Below, piece after piece: positions 37,103 to 54,678 of a DNA stretch of 64,000 bases (the stretch's first letter is position 1; the number at the start of each line of letters is the position of its first letter). Source of the DNA: the human T2T-CHM13v2.0 reference genome, Homo sapiens. The translations under genes and the position numbers were made by a program. The stretch lies in NCBI RefSeq assembly GCF_009914755.1, contig NC_060932.1; one strand, written 5' to 3'. Under the pieces are notes generated by a model that did no database searches, was not told the origin of the DNA, and was given only the letters and a program-made list of their open reading frames with translations.

Positions 37103-37987
37103 CAGGTGGTCTTCCAAAGGTTCATAGAAAATGCACATGGTGAAGAAACTATGCATGGATTTCCACTGGTTTGCACTAAAATAAACTTGTCCTAACTTCT
37201 GATAACCTTTCTGAACTAGATCTAGTTTGAGGCACTAAGAAGGATGAGACATCCACTGAAAAGGACTCCCATCAGAGCAACTTGAATTCCACGAAAATTG
37301 CAGCAAGAGGAAACATCAAATTTATGGTGAAGCTTGGGTGGAAGATTGAAGAAATCATTGACGTTTTAAGAAAAGCTTGTAAGGACACTACCCCAAAGAA
37401 ATGAACTCTTTACGAATGTATAGCTTGTTTCAAGAAGAGGTGAGAAGATGTGGAAGATGAATCCTGCAGTGGCTGTGAAAACCACTGTGCCCAGATCAGC
37501 TGCAGTTACGACGAGAGCTATCAGTGGAAATTTTAAACAGGAGGGATCACGATCCTGACGCATCCCTCTGACAAATTGTAAGCGGAAGTTGGAACATGGC
37601 TTCACCAATATGATCTCGAAGGCAAAGCATCATGAAAGCGATGGCTACCAAGAGGTGGCAGTGGTCCAGTCAAAGGAAAAGGAGGCCAGTCAGGAGCCCA
37701 CATCATGGCATCAGTGTTTTGGGACACTCAAGGCATTTTGCTTGTTGACTTTCTGAAAGGCCAAACATCTGCTTATTAGGAGAGTGTTCTGAGAAGCTTA
37801 GATAAAGCTTTGGTAGAAACATGCTGGGAAAGTCTCACTAGATCCTTGTTCACCACATCAATGCTCTGCTCATTCCTCTCATCAAACAAGGGCAATTTTG
37901 TCAGTTTCAATGGGCAGTCCTTAGGAATTCACCTTACGGGCTGCTTTCATTCCTTCTAAATTCTTTTTGTTTCCTAATGATAAAAAG
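37103..37987 (+). mobile_element. Hsmar2 relic, unit 4
   Basis: Copy of 531-1415 at offset 36572. Confidence 0.88.
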
Positions 37988-38472
37988 TCTCCTTGCCTTG
38001 CTTGGAAAGATGAGAGAAAGTCTCCTTGCCTTGTTTGGACAGATGAGAGATGAGATCCTCCTCTTCTCTCCCAGGACAGAATGGTGAGACTTGAGTTTCC
38101 TTTCTCCTCACTCTTCTCCTCCTTGAGGGAGCTGCTGTGCCGGACAGACCTGCCCCCGTGTCTAGACACTGGTAGACTCGTTTAAGTTCCTCACAGGCAA
38201 TCCTCCATGGGGTCAAAGTGGAAGGACTTATTTCTTCAGGGCTCAGTAGTCCACATCCTGGCGCGCACCTTCACCAGCCCAGGGCGGGGTAGAGGAGGGT
38301 GAAAGGGCGTGGCTCAGAGCCCGCTTCTTCCGCTCGGGCGTATCCTGGGAGGAACCCTTGTCCGGTGAGCATGTCTTCGTCTCTACCAAATTCCCTAGTG
38401 GGACATTTCTGGCAGCCCTACTTGTTCAGCAGCTTACGGGGGTCAGGTGGACCTCTGCTAGTCACCAGCCTG
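37984..38472 (-). pseudogene. Decayed upstream REXO1 retrocopy fragment, unit 4
   Basis: As in unit 1. Confidence 0.75.
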
Positions 38473-40428
38473 AAGCCCTTTCTCCATTTCAGCTATTTTG
38501 GCAGTTGCCTAGGTGACTTTTGAACCTCATTATCCAGAACAGCAAACGGACGAGGGGTGAGAAGAGTGGCCGTCTGGGTTTGCAGCATAGTGCTGCCTTC
38601 TAGGAGTTGTGCAGTCTTCGATTGTGTGAAACTTCACCTGGCTGATTTGTGGCAATGCCTCCACAAATTCGCTAAATTCAGTAGCTTTTGCCTTCCAAGA
38701 TTCATTTACACAATGTTGAATGCTTTAAATGAATGAGCATGAAGAGTGCTGGGCTGGAAAGTGATGAGATGGGTGGTAGGGACTCCTCGGAGTAGAGGAG
38801 TAGAGTTTTACTATTATGACTAGGAGGCAAATAAAAAGAAGCTGAACGTGATCCATAATAAAAGAAGCACACACTCACAGAGCTCCATACCAACTACATT
38901 AAAATGGAAATCATGATATTTGGAAATACAACTTAATTGGAAATCATTAAGTAATCTCATCAACCTTTTTACAGTGGGTGGCAGGGCTATGGAGGGAAAA
39001 CAGCAATGGTTCTGGCACCTACTTAACTTGATTCCATTAAATTCACCCAACAGGCCTCCAGAGAAGATATTACTGCTTTGATATTACAAAGGGAAAAACA
39101 GCTATGGCGTCTCTGAAAAGCACAACGTGCTAGGACTGGAATGACTTTAAAACCACACATAAATTTCTGAGAGATTTTTGCCATAAGGTACCATCCACCT
39201 TACTGTAAACCACATCCTAAAATTGTCTGCAGTGCAAATGGATTATGTGCATCCAACAGGAAACAGCATAGGTTGAGAAGCTGTTACTTAATAGCTTCAT
39301 TGTCACCACGAGTGTAAAGTGTGGGGTCTCATCACTTTTGCACCCACGTTTTGCCTGTTGGTTTCTCCACACTGTCAGGAGCATTTGACCAACTCACTGT
39401 GGCTCAGGGTCCCTTACGCAGCCTGTTGGGGAAACCAGTGGGTATTGAAGACCTGCCTCTGGTGTGCCAGGAGGTTGTGCCTGCCGGCCACTCTGACTTG
39501 CGATCTTCCGCCTCAGTGTATGGCTTCCTACACCTGGGTAATTAACATTGCCAGCATGATAAGGAGGTCCTTTCATCACTATTGCCACTAGTCCTTCCGA
39601 CTCCTGTGCCCTGTTTCTCCTTTATTGGAACCCAAGAACGAGTAAACATAGCATTTTCAAACATCCCGCCCCCTTCCCTGGTAACACCAATATTCCACCA
39701 TCCTAATTCCCTCACAAGCATTCAGTCTCTCCACCCTGAGGTGGTGAAATCCCTGCAGGCATTTATAAGTATACCTGGACAGAAGAAATACAAGATACCG
39801 TTCTATTAACTCAATATAGTGTTGCTAAGTTCGTACTTGTGCTTGGTTTATTTTATTTTATAAATAGGTATCACTCGCATGGTTCCAAATGCGGTAGGCA
39901 CAGAGAGTATATATGATGGAATTACATCCTCCTTCCCTGCACTCACCAACCGAGATCATCCCGCTACGGGCACTCAAAGGTTTCATTGTCTGAAATATCA
40001 GCCTAAACGTAGTTTATGTTTAGGAAGCAACAACCGTAAATAGGCCCACATCCAAACGGAGTGGATTTAGGTTTCACTTTTTCAAGGAAAAACCATCAAA
40101 GAATTTTTCCACATACTTATAAACCATCCCACGTATAGAATCCATTTTTACTGACACAAATTTAGTACCAATAAACGACTCTTCTTCTCAATTTGTTTTA
40201 TTTAACAATAAGTCTTGAACGTCATTCCCAGTTAACATTTTGAAGAGTTTCCTCTCTTTCGTTCTGTTTTAGCTGCAAAGTATTCTTCCGTAAGGATGAA
40301 CGTACTATAATTTATTAGCCAGCCACTTAGTGATGTACAATTAAACAGTTTTAATCTTTGACTCTTGAAAATATTGTTTCTCACACATAAATATTTCTAT
40401 AAAATAAATTAATTGAATTAGAATTGTT

Positions 40429-40641
40429 GGAGTTCAAGACCAGCCTGGCCAACATGGTGAAACCCCATCTCTACTAGAAACACAAAATTAGCCGGACATG
40501 CCGGTACATGCCTCTAATCTCAGGTGAGGCAGGAGAATCACTTCAACCTGGGAGGCAGAGGTTGTAGTGACTCGAAATCACGCCACTGCACTCCAGCCTG
40601 GGCGACGCGAGCGAAACTCTGTCTCAAAAAACCAAAAAAAA
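40429..40641 (+). mobile_element. 5'-truncated Alu, unit 4
   Basis: Copy of 3858-4070. Confidence 0.92.
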
Positions 40642-40769
40642 TTAAACATAAAAAGAAAAGCGGTACATATACCCAATAGAACACAATTCAGCCTTAAAAA
40701 AGAAAGAAATCATCTCATTGGCAACACGAATGAGCCTAGAGGATGGTACACTGAGTGAAAGAAAGCAAA

Positions 40770-41068
40770 GGCCAGGCACGGTGGCTCATGCCTGTAATCC
40801 CAGTACTTTGGGAGGCCAAGGCAGGTGGAAGCGTTGAGCCCAGGAGTTGGAGATGAACCTGGGCAACATGGTGAAACCCCATCTCTAAAAGAAACACAAA
40901 AATTAGCCAAGTGTGGCGTTGGACGCCTGTAGTCCTAGCTATTCAGGAGGCTGAAGCGGGAGGAACTCTCGACCCCGGGAGGTGGAGGCCGTGGTGAGTG
41001 AGCCGTGTTTGTGTCACTGTACTCCAGCCTGGGTGACAGACTGAGACCCTGTCTCAAAAAATAAATAA
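40770..41068 (+). mobile_element. AluJ-like element within L1MA, unit 4
   Basis: Copy of 4199-4496. Confidence 0.92.
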
Positions 41069-42489
41069 TTACATAATAAAGATTTAAAAAGCAAGCACAA
41101 AAAGACAAATACTGCATGATCTCACTTATATGTGCAATCTCAAACAATGCAACTCATAGCTGTAGAGAGCAGAACGGTGGTTACCCGAGGCAGGGGTCAG
41201 GGAGGGACTGGAGAGATGATAGTCTCATGATACAAAATTTCAGAGAGGAATGGTTCTAGAGATCTATTGAACAGCCTGGCATCTACAGTGTATAAGTATG
41301 TATTGTATACTTGAAAATTGCTATAAGAGTAGATTTTAGACATGTCCTCATCACATTAAAATCAGTATGTGAGGAAACGAGTGTGTTAATTAGCTTGATT
41401 TTGTCATTCCACAATGTATACACGTATGAAACATCATGTTGTATGCCATAAATATATATAATTTTTATTTGTCAAGTTAAAATTAAAATTCATATAAATT
41501 ATAAAAATAAAATGAAATAACATACACTACAAAAGACGTTTATTTATTAAATCCCCACAGAAGGGGTCTAAGTGATAAAGGAAAATAAAATTCCGGGAAC
41601 GGTAAAATCAATCAGAAATGCCCTACTTCAGTGCTTTCCGAAATTTGTCTGACAGAGTGGAAATCCAGTTTTTCACTAAGTCACTGTTCTGGAACAGTTT
41701 GTGTGTGTGTATGTATGTGTGTGAGGGCTCACATACACAAATTGAACTAATGGAAGTGTAAGCTTTCAAATTATCAGTTTAATTTAGTTCTATACATATA
41801 CACACACACACACTCACACACCGAAAACATTGATAAAATCAGCCATTCCAGCAAAACTAGCTACTTAGTGTCTATCTCTCCTTGAAGATTCAAACTAGAA
41901 ATGAGGATTTAGAGAGGCATGATGGTTCGTTCTCTCTTGGAGCCCAGTTCGAAGTTGACTGACTGATTCAGTCATTGTAATTGGTTGGTCTTGGGGAAGA
42001 ATCCACTTTGACTCTTGGGAAGTCAGCTAGGTCAGCGGACAGAGCAGGGGCTCTGGAGCCAGACTGCCTGCACCCGACTTCTAGCTATGATACCTTGGAT
42101 AAACTACTTATCACCTGGGCTTCAGGTTCCTCATCTGTAAAATGGGGATAAGAATGCTATCTCTCTCACAACTATTAGGAGGGCTGACTGGGTTAATACG
42201 TGCAAAGTACCGAGTACATAAGAAGCCAACAGCCAGTGCTCATTACAATCATTATTATTTTGGGCAAGTTAAGCCGCATGGTTTCTTTAGGTATAAAATT
42301 AGGCTTTATTTACCTACCTGTTGGGTTGTTCCAAGGATTAATCACATAGTGTTCATGAATTCCCTTTATAAACTATTGTAGAAAAGAAATATAGTTAACA
42401 TTAATTGAACACCTACTATGTGCGATCGTTTTAAGGCTTGCCATGTGCTGCTTCATTCAGTCCGCACCATGACATTAGGATCACACTTT

Positions 42490-46161
<3,672 letters not shown>

Positions 46162-46725
46162 GATCACACTTTAAAGACCAAAAGGTAGAAGCGCAAAGAC
46201 GTTATCTGTCCAATATTACAAACCTAGTAAGTGGTGGAATTTGGCCTTGAACCCAGATCTGTAACTCCAGAGCCGAAGTGCTTCACCCACCTCCCTGTGG
46301 TGCCTCTACAGAAAAAGAGGTAAGCAGGCATTCCGAAAGCTGGTGGGCCGGGGGGCTGGCCTTGTACTCAGAAGCCATGGAAGTCCCACGTGGGGTGGCT
46401 AGTGGTGTAAGGACAGAGGTCTCGGATGGGCAGAGGGATGTGGACAGGCGCGAGGGCGCGCGGCAGGGACTCGGGGGACTGGGAGTGGCGGCTCGGGGCT
46501 GCGGGAGGCGATTGGTGGAAGGACAGAGGTCTGGGAGGGGCAGAGGGATGTGGACAGGCCCGAGGGGCCGCGGCAGGGATTCCGGGGGACCGGGAGTGGG
46601 GGGTTGGGGTTACTCTTGGCTTTTTGCCCTCTCCTGCCGCCGGCTGCTCCAGTTTCTTTCGCTTTGCGGCGAGGTGGGCAGGGTGAGCTCTCGGGACTGA
46701 TGGCGGTTTTGGAAGAGGCCTGGGG

Positions 46726-48753
46726 CTAAGGACAGGCCAGGGCGGCGGGAGAGGCGGACCGGTGGCGTGGCTGGATCTGGGCGCGCTGTCGGACCTTCCA
46801 CATCACCAGCTGCAGGCAGGCGTTTGCGTCCTCGCTGGAGTTGTGGCCGTCCTGGCTGTCCTGGATGATCTGTGCCAGGTAGTCGGCCGCGAGATTCCTG
46901 AGGGAGCGCTTGTAGGGGAAACCCAGGTAGTGCGGGAAGAGCACGGCCGTGTCCACCACGGTGCTGTGGATGAGCTTCAGGGCCAGCAGGTCGCTCTCCA
47001 GGCTGTGCCCGATGAGGATGGTTTGGGCGCTGAAAAAGCTCAGCAGGATGGCTTGGACTTGGGGCAACGTGATGCTCGTCTTGGCGACGTCGGCCTCGGT
47101 GACTCCGGAAAACCTGGTGTTGTAGTCCACGATCTCGTTGTCGGGCTTGACGAAGGTGTCGTACACCACTCGCATGTCGGCGTCCACCACGGTGACGCGG
47201 GTCAGCTCTAGGCCATGCGTGGTGTAGCACATCTCACAGTCCAAGGCGTAGATTCCTGGATAAGCGTCTCTGGACAACTCTTTCTTGAAGGTCTCCACGA
47301 AGCCATCGAGGCTCTCCTTGCGGCCGTCCCGCACGTGCTGCTTTGCCACCTGGCAGCCCACAGAGCCAGGAGCAGCTGCACAGCAGGTGTACTGGCTAAC
47401 CCGGCCTCCAGCCACCTGGCTCGAGCGGACCCGCCCCCAGTGATAATAACACAACTGGTCGCGTACACAGCGGCCCGAGGAGGACACCAGGTACTCGGTG
47501 CCACAACGGCAGCAGACCCTGCAGGAGGAGTCGCCGGGCCCCTTCCCCTGGCCAGTGAAGAGGACGGCGCCTCCGGGCCGCTCGGGGTGCGGGAAGGGGT
47601 AGCCGTTCTCCTTGAGCTGGTCCTGGGTGAGCAGGAACTCCTGGAGGCGGCTGTACAGGGCGGCCCTGCTGAGGCCGGGCATGGAGCTGGGGGTCAGGCC
47701 CTTCAGTCTCTTGAGGGTGTTCAGGACCACGTTCAGGTACCTGTTCTTGTTGGGGCTGCAGTCGTAGGCCACCTTCTCCTCGTTCAGCGCCTTCTCCTCG
47801 GCCTCCTGCTTGGAGGCGCAGAACTTGAGACACTCTTCGGTGAACAGTTGGAGATAGCCTCGGCGGAGGACGGTGGGGACTTGGCACCCAGAGCTTCGGA
47901 GGATAATGGGTTTCTTCAAACTCAAACTCGGTAAGGATGCACGACGGACGATTCGCTTAGAGCTGGTGGTGGCGGTGGTCTTGCATGCCATCCCTGACCT
48001 GTTGCGCGTCTTCCCTGGCTGTCTGCCGACCTTGGAGCCACGGGAGCGTTGGCTGCTGCTGGCCACCCGGGTTCTCTTGGCATCTGTGTAACCTGTGACC
48101 AAGCAAGGGCTGGAAGAGTGGGCGATCGTCTTCCTCTTCCTGGGGGCTGAGATGCGGACTCCCGAGGGCCTCTCTGTCAGCCTTGGGGCGGCTGGCAAGC
48201 GGCAGGCCGATCCCCTCTGCGCAGGGAAGTAGCACGACTCCGTCACCATCTTGGGCCACGCTGGGGGCACCGCCGGACCCCTGTTCTGGGGCTCCGCCTG
48301 GATGTCCACAAATGCTGAGGCCTGCTTGTGCATCTGGGGCACCCAGAGCCCGAAGCTCTGGGCAGGCTGATGAGAGGGCAGTGGGAATTCTGGAGCCTCG
48401 AGGGCCGCCTCCTCGGCCACCTTCTTAGCTTCTGGGTATCCAGGTGGGAACCAGCAGGGAGCTGTGGCTCGCAACATCTTGCTGCCTTCGGGAGCACCGG
48501 CCGGGCTCTGCTCCGCTCCCAAATGGCGGCTTGCCTCCGGGGCCGCCTCCTTGGCCACCTTCTTAGCTTCTGGGTATCCAGGGCGGAACCAGCAGGGAGC
48601 TGTGGCTCGCAACATCTTGCTGCCTTCGGGAGCACCGGCCTGGCTCTGCTCCCCTCCCAAATGGCGGCTTGCCTCCAGGGCCGCCTCCTCGGCCACCTTC
48701 TTAGCTTCTGGGTATCCAGGGGGGAACCAGCAGGGAGCTGTGGCTCGCAACAT
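46726..48753 (-). CDS. REXO1L1: REXO1-like exonuclease GOR retrogene, copy 4
   Basis: Protein identical to copy 1; DEDDh motifs intact. Confidence 0.9.
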   Translation of the reverse strand: MLRATAPCWFPPGYPEAKKVAEEAALEASRHLGGEQSQAGAPEGSKMLRATAPCWFRPGYPEAKKVAKEAAPEASRHLGAEQSPAGAPEGSKMLRATAPCWFPPGYPEAKKVAEEAALEAPEFPLPSHQPAQSFGLWVPQMHKQASAFVDIQAEPQNRGPAVPPAWPKMVTESCYFPAQRGSACRLPAAPRLTERPSGVRISAPRKRKTIAHSSSPCLVTGYTDAKRTRVASSSQRSRGSKVGRQPGKTRNRSGMACKTTATTSSKRIVRRASLPSLSLKKPIILRSSGCQVPTVLRRGYLQLFTEECLKFCASKQEAEEKALNEEKVAYDCSPNKNRYLNVVLNTLKRLKGLTPSSMPGLSRAALYSRLQEFLLTQDQLKENGYPFPHPERPGGAVLFTGQGKGPGDSSCRVCCRCGTEYLVSSSGRCVRDQLCYYHWGRVRSSQVAGGRVSQYTCCAAAPGSVGCQVAKQHVRDGRKESLDGFVETFKKELSRDAYPGIYALDCEMCYTTHGLELTRVTVVDADMRVVYDTFVKPDNEIVDYNTRFSGVTEADVAKTSITLPQVQAILLSFFSAQTILIGHSLESDLLALKLIHSTVVDTAVLFPHYLGFPYKRSLRNLAADYLAQIIQDSQDGHNSSEDANACLQLVMWKVRQRAQIQPRHRSASPAALACP

Positions 48754-48811
48754 CTTGCTGCCTTCGGGAGCACCGGCCTGGCTCTGCTCCTCTCCCAACT
48801 GGCGGCTTCAA

Positions 48812-49091
48812 TGAGTGCTGCGGCCGCCACTTGTCGCCTTTATATAGGCACAGGGCAGACTGGGTGGGACTTCTCCTTGATAGGTTGGTGCTTCAGTCCA
48901 ATCACACTGAGCCTCATCTTCCACCAGACTCCAGCTTGGGAATGCCTCAGGGGGTGCGCTAATGGAATCAACTGGAACTCCCGGTTGCTAAACTTGGAGC
49001 TAGGTTGCTTTTCCTGAGTTAAGTAACTGTCCCTGCAGGGCAGTCCTATAATGGCTACTGGAATTGGGCTACCTAGGATTAAATTAAGGTT
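48812..49091 (-). promoter_or_regulatory. Putative promoter of copy 4
   Basis: Same motifs as copy 1. Confidence 0.6.
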
Positions 49092-49291
49092 CAGGGAGGT
49101 TGGTCAACTTGCTTGGGCCCACACAGCACCCCTTGGAGCCAGGACTGGGCCAGCAGTCTGCTGCATGCTGGAGGGCGGGATCCCTCTGGGGCTGCCTTTC
49201 CCTGCTCTGTGCACTCCGCCGCTGCGGGCAAATTGAGGACAGGAAGCGGACCGCACCCACTTCTCTCCCAGGACTTGGGCAATGTTCAACA

Positions 49292-50176
49292 CAGGTGGTC
49301 TTCCAAAGGTTCATAGAAAATGCACATGGTGAAGAAACTATGCATGGATTTCCACTGGTTTGCACTAAAATAAACTTGTCCTAACTTCTGATAACCTTTC
49401 TGAACTAGATCTAGTTTGAGGCACTAAGAAGGATGAGACATCCACTGAAAAGGACTCCCATCAGAGCAACATGAATTCCACGAAAATTGCAGCAAGAGGA
49501 AACATCAAATTTATGGTGAAGCTTGGGTGGAAGATTGAAGAAATCATTGACGTTTTAAGAAAAGCTTGTAAGGACACTACCCCAAAGAAATGAACTCTTT
49601 ACGAATGTATAGCTTGTTTCAAGAAGAGGTGAGAAGATGTGGAAGATGAATCCTGCAGTGGCTGTGAAAACCACTGTGCCCAGATCAGCTGCAGTTACGA
49701 CGAGAGCTATCAGTGGAAATTTTAAACAGGAGGGATCACGATCCTGACGCATCCCTCTGACAAATTGTAAGCGGAAGTTGGAACATGGCTTCACCAATAT
49801 GATCTCCAAGGCAAAGCATCATGAAAGCGATGGCTACCAAGAGGTGGCAGTGGTCCAGTCAAAGGAAAAGGAGGCCAGTCAGGAGCCCACATCATGGCAT
49901 CAGTGTTTTGGGACACTCAAGGCATTTTGCTTGTTGACTTTCTGAAAGGCCAAACATCTGCTTATTAGGAGAGTGTTCTGAGAAGCTTAGATAAAGCTTT
50001 GGTAGAAACATGCTGGGAAAGTCTCACTAGATCCTTGTTCACCACATCAATGCTCTGCTCATTCCTCTCATCAAACAAGGGCAATTTTGTCAGTTTCAAT
50101 GGGCAGTCCTTAGGAATTCACCTTACGGGCTGCTTTCATTCCTTCTAAATTCTTTTTGTTTCCTAATGATAAAAAG
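49292..50176 (+). mobile_element. Hsmar2 relic, unit 5
   Basis: Copy of 531-1415 at offset 48761. Confidence 0.88.
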
Positions 50177-50661
50177 TCTCCTTGCCTTGCTTGGAAAGAT
50201 GAGAGAAAGTCTCCTTGCCTTGTTTGGACAGATGAGAGATGAGATCCTCCTCTTCTCTCCCAGGACAGAATGGTGAGACTTGAGTTTCCTTTCTCCTCAC
50301 TCTTCTCCTCCTTGAGGGAGCTGCTGTGCCGGACAGACCTGCCCCCGTGTCTAGACACTGGTAGACTCGTTTAAGTTCCTCACAGGCAATCCTCCATGGG
50401 GTCAAAGTGGAAGGACTTATTTCTTCAGGGCTCAGTAGTCCACATCCTGGCGCGCACCTTCACCAGCCCAGGGCGGGGTAGAGGAGGGTGAAAGGGCGTG
50501 GCTCAGAGCCCGCTTCTTCCGCTCGGGCGTATCCTGGGAGGAACCCTTGTCCGGTGAGCATGTCTTCGTCTCTACCAAATTCCCTAGTGGGACATTTCTG
50601 GCAGCCCTACTTGTTCAGCAGCTTACGGGGGTCAGGTGGACCTCTGCTAGTCACCAGCCTG
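50173..50661 (-). pseudogene. Decayed upstream REXO1 retrocopy fragment, unit 5
   Basis: As in unit 1. Confidence 0.75.
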
Positions 50662-52617
50662 AAGCCCTTTCTCCATTTCAGCTATTTTGGCAGTTGCCTA
50701 GGTGACTTTTGAACCTCATTATCCAGAACAGCAAACGGACGAGGGGTGAGAAGAGTGGCCGTCTGGGTTTGCAGCATAGTGCTGCCTTCTAGGAGTTGTG
50801 CAGTCTTCGATTGTGTGAAACTTCACCTGGCTGATTTGTGGCAATGCCTCCACAAATTCGCTAAATTCAGTAGCTTTTGCCTTCCAAGATTCATTTACAC
50901 AATGTTGAATGCTTTAAATGAATGAGCATGAAGAGTGCTGGGCTGGAAAGTGATGAGATGGGTGGTAGGGACTCCTCGGAGTAGAGGAGTAGAGTTTTAC
51001 TATTATGACTAGGAGGCAAATAAAAAGAAGCTGAACGTGATCCATAATAAAAGAAGCACACACTCACAGAGCTCCATACCAACTACATTAAAATGGAAAT
51101 CATGATATTTGGAAATACAACTTAATTGGAAATCATTAAGTAATCTCATCAACCTTTTTACAGTGGGTGGCAGGGCTATGGAGGGAAAACAGCAATGGTT
51201 CTGGCACCTACTTAACTTGATTCCATTAAATTCACCCAACAGGCCTCCAGAGAACATATTACTGCTTTGATATTACAAAGGGAAAAACAGCTATGGCGTC
51301 TCTGAAAAGCACAACGTGCTAGGACTGGAATGACTTTAAAACCACACATAAATTTCTGAGAGATTTTTGCCATAAGGTACCATCCACCTTACTGTAAACC
51401 ACATCCTAAAATTGTCTGCAGTGCAAATGGATTATGTGCATCCAACAGGAAACAGCATAGGTTGAGAAGCTGTTACTTAATAGCTTCATTGTCACCACGA
51501 GTGTAAAGTGTGGGGTCTCATCACTTTTGCACCCACGTTTTGCCTGTTGGTTTCTCCACACTGTCAGGAGCATTTGACCAACTCACTGTGGCTCAGGGTC
51601 CCTTACGCAGCCTGTTGGGGAAACCAGTGGGTATTGAAGACCTGCCTCTGGTGTGCCAGGAGGTTGTGCCTGCCGGCCACTCTGACTTGCGATCTTCCGC
51701 CTCAGTGTATGGCTTCCTACACCTGGGTAATTAACATTGCCAGCATGATAAGGAGGTCCTTTCATCACTATTGCCACTAGTCCTTCCGACTCCTGTGCCC
51801 TGTTTCTCCTTTATTGGAACCCAAGAACGAGTAAACATAGCATTTTCAAACATCCCGCCCCCTTCCCTGGTAACACCAATATTCCACCATCCTAATTCCC
51901 TCACAAGCATTCAGTCTCTCCACCCTGAGGTGGTGAAATCCCTGCAGGCATTTATAAGTATACCTGGACAGAAGAAATACAAGATACCGTTCTATTAACT
52001 CAATATAGTGTTGCTAAGTTCGTACTTGTGCTTGGTTTATTTTATTTTATAAATAGGTATCACTCGCATGGTTCCAAATGCGGTAGGCACAGAGAGTATA
52101 TATGATGGAATTACATCCTCCTTCCCTGCACTCACCAACCGAGATCATCCCGCTACGGGCACTCAAAGGTTTCATTGTCTGAAATATCAGCCTAAACGTA
52201 GTTTATGTTTAGGAAGCAACAACCGTAAATAGGCCCACATCCAAACGGAGTGGATTTAGGTTTCACTTTTTCAAGGAAAAACCATCAAAGAATTTTTCCA
52301 CATACTTATAAACCATCCCACGTATAGAATCCATTTTTACTGACACAAATTTAGTACCAATAAACGACTCTTCTTCTCAATTTGTTTTATTTAACAATAA
52401 GTCTTGAACGTCATTCCCAGTTAACATTTTGAAGAGTTTCCTCTCTTTCGTTCTGTTTTAGCTGCAAAGTATTCTTCCGTAAGGATGAACGTACTATAAT
52501 TTATTAGCCAGCCACTTAGTGATGTACAATTAAACAGTTTTAATCTTTGACTCTTGAAAATATTGTTTCTCACACATAAATATTTCTATAAAATAAATTA
52601 ATTGAATTAGAATTGTT

Positions 52618-52830
52618 GGAGTTCAAGACCAGCCTGGCCAACATGGTGAAACCCCATCTCTACTAGAAACACAAAATTAGCCGGACATGCCGGTACATGC
52701 CTCTAATCTCAGGTGAGGCAGGAGAATCACTTCAACCTGGGAGGCAGAGGTTGTAGTGACTCGAAATCACGCCACTGCACTCCAGCCTGGGCGACGCGAG
52801 CGAAACTCTGTCTCAAAAAACCAAAAAAAA
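52618..52830 (+). mobile_element. 5'-truncated Alu, unit 5
   Basis: Copy of 3858-4070. Confidence 0.92.
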
Positions 52831-52958
52831 TTAAACATAAAAAGAAAAGCGGTACATATACCCAATAGAACACAATTCAGCCTTAAAAAAGAAAGAAATC
52901 ATCTCATTGGCAACACGAATGAGCCTAGAGGATGGTACACTGAGTGAAAGAAAGCAAA

Positions 52959-53257
52959 GGCCAGGCACGGTGGCTCATGCCTGTAATCCCAGTACTTTGG
53001 GAGGCCAAGGCAGGTGGAAGCGTTGAGCCCAGGAGTTGGAGATGAACCTGGGCAACATGGTGAAACCCCATCTCTAAAAGAAACACAAAAATTAGCCAAG
53101 TGTGGCGTTGGACGCCTGTAGTCCTAGCTATTCAGGAGGCTGAAGCGGGAGGAACTCTCGACCCCGGGAGGTGGAGGCCGTGGTGAGTGAGCCGTGTTTG
53201 TGTCACTGTACTCCAGCCTGGGTGACAGACTGAGACCCTGTCTCAAAAAATAAATAA
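52959..53257 (+). mobile_element. AluJ-like element within L1MA, unit 5
   Basis: Copy of 4199-4496. Confidence 0.92.
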
Positions 53258-54678
53258 TTACATAATAAAGATTTAAAAAGCAAGCACAAAAAGACAAATA
53301 CTGCATGATCTCACTTATATGTGCAATCTCAAACAATGCAACTCATAGCTGTAGAGAGCAGAACGGTGGTTACCCGAGGCAGGGGTCAGGGAGGGACTGG
53401 AGAGATGATAGTCTCATGATACAAAATTTCAGAGAGGAATGGTTCTAGAGATCTATTGAACAGCCTGGCATCTACAGTGTATAAGTATGTATTGTATACT
53501 TGAAAATTGCTATAAGAGTAGATTTTAGACATGTCCTCATCACATTAAAATCAGTATGTGAGGAAACGAGTGTGTTAATTAGCTTGATTTTGTCATTCCA
53601 CAATGTATACACGTATGAAACATCATGTTGTATGCCATAAATATATATAATTTTTATTTGTCAAGTTAAAATTAAAATTCATATAAATTATAAAAATAAA
53701 ATGAAATAACATACACTACAAAAGACGTTTATTTATTAAATCCCCACAGAAGGGGTCTAAGTGATAAAGGAAAATAAAATTCCGGGAACGGTAAAATCAA
53801 TCAGAAATGCCCTACTTCAGTGCTTTCCGAAATTTGTCTGACAGAGTGGAAATCCAGTTTTTCACTAAGTCACTGTTCTGGAACAGTTTGTGTGTGTGTA
53901 TGTATGTGTGTGAGGGCTCACATACAAAAATTGAACTAATGGAAGTGTAAGCTTTCAAATTATCAGTTTAATTTAGTTCTATACATATACACACACACAC
54001 ACTCACACACCGAAAACATTGATAAAATCAGCCATTCCAGCAAAACTAGCTACTTAGTGTCTATCTCTCCTTGAAGATTCAAACTAGAAATGAGGATTTA
54101 GAGAGGCATGATGGTTCGTTCTCTCTTGGAGCCCAGTTCGAAGTTGACTGACTGATTCAGTCATTGTAATTGGTTGGTCTTGGGGAAGAATCCACTTTGA
54201 CTCTTGGGAAGTCAGCTAGGTCAGCGGACAGAGCAGGGGCTCTGGAGCCAGACTGCCTGCACCCGACTTCTAGCTATGATACCTTGGATAAACTACTTAT
54301 CACCTGGGCTTCAGGTTCCTCATCTGTAAAATGGGGATAAGAATGCTATCTCTCTCACAACTATTAGGAGGGCTGACTGGGTTAATACGTGCAAAGTACC
54401 GAGTACATAAGAAGCCAACAGCCAGTGCTCATTACAATCATTATTATTTTGGGCAAGTTAAGCCGCATGGTTTCTTTAGGTATAAAATTAGGCTTTATTT
54501 ACCTACCTGTTGGGTTGTTCCAAGGATTAATCACATAGTGTTCATGAATTCCCTTTATAAACTATTGTAGAAAAGAAATATAGTTAACATTAATTGAACA
54601 CCTACTATGTGCGATCGTTTTAAGGCTTGCCATGTGCTGCTTCATTCAGTCCGCACCATGACATTAGGATCACACTTT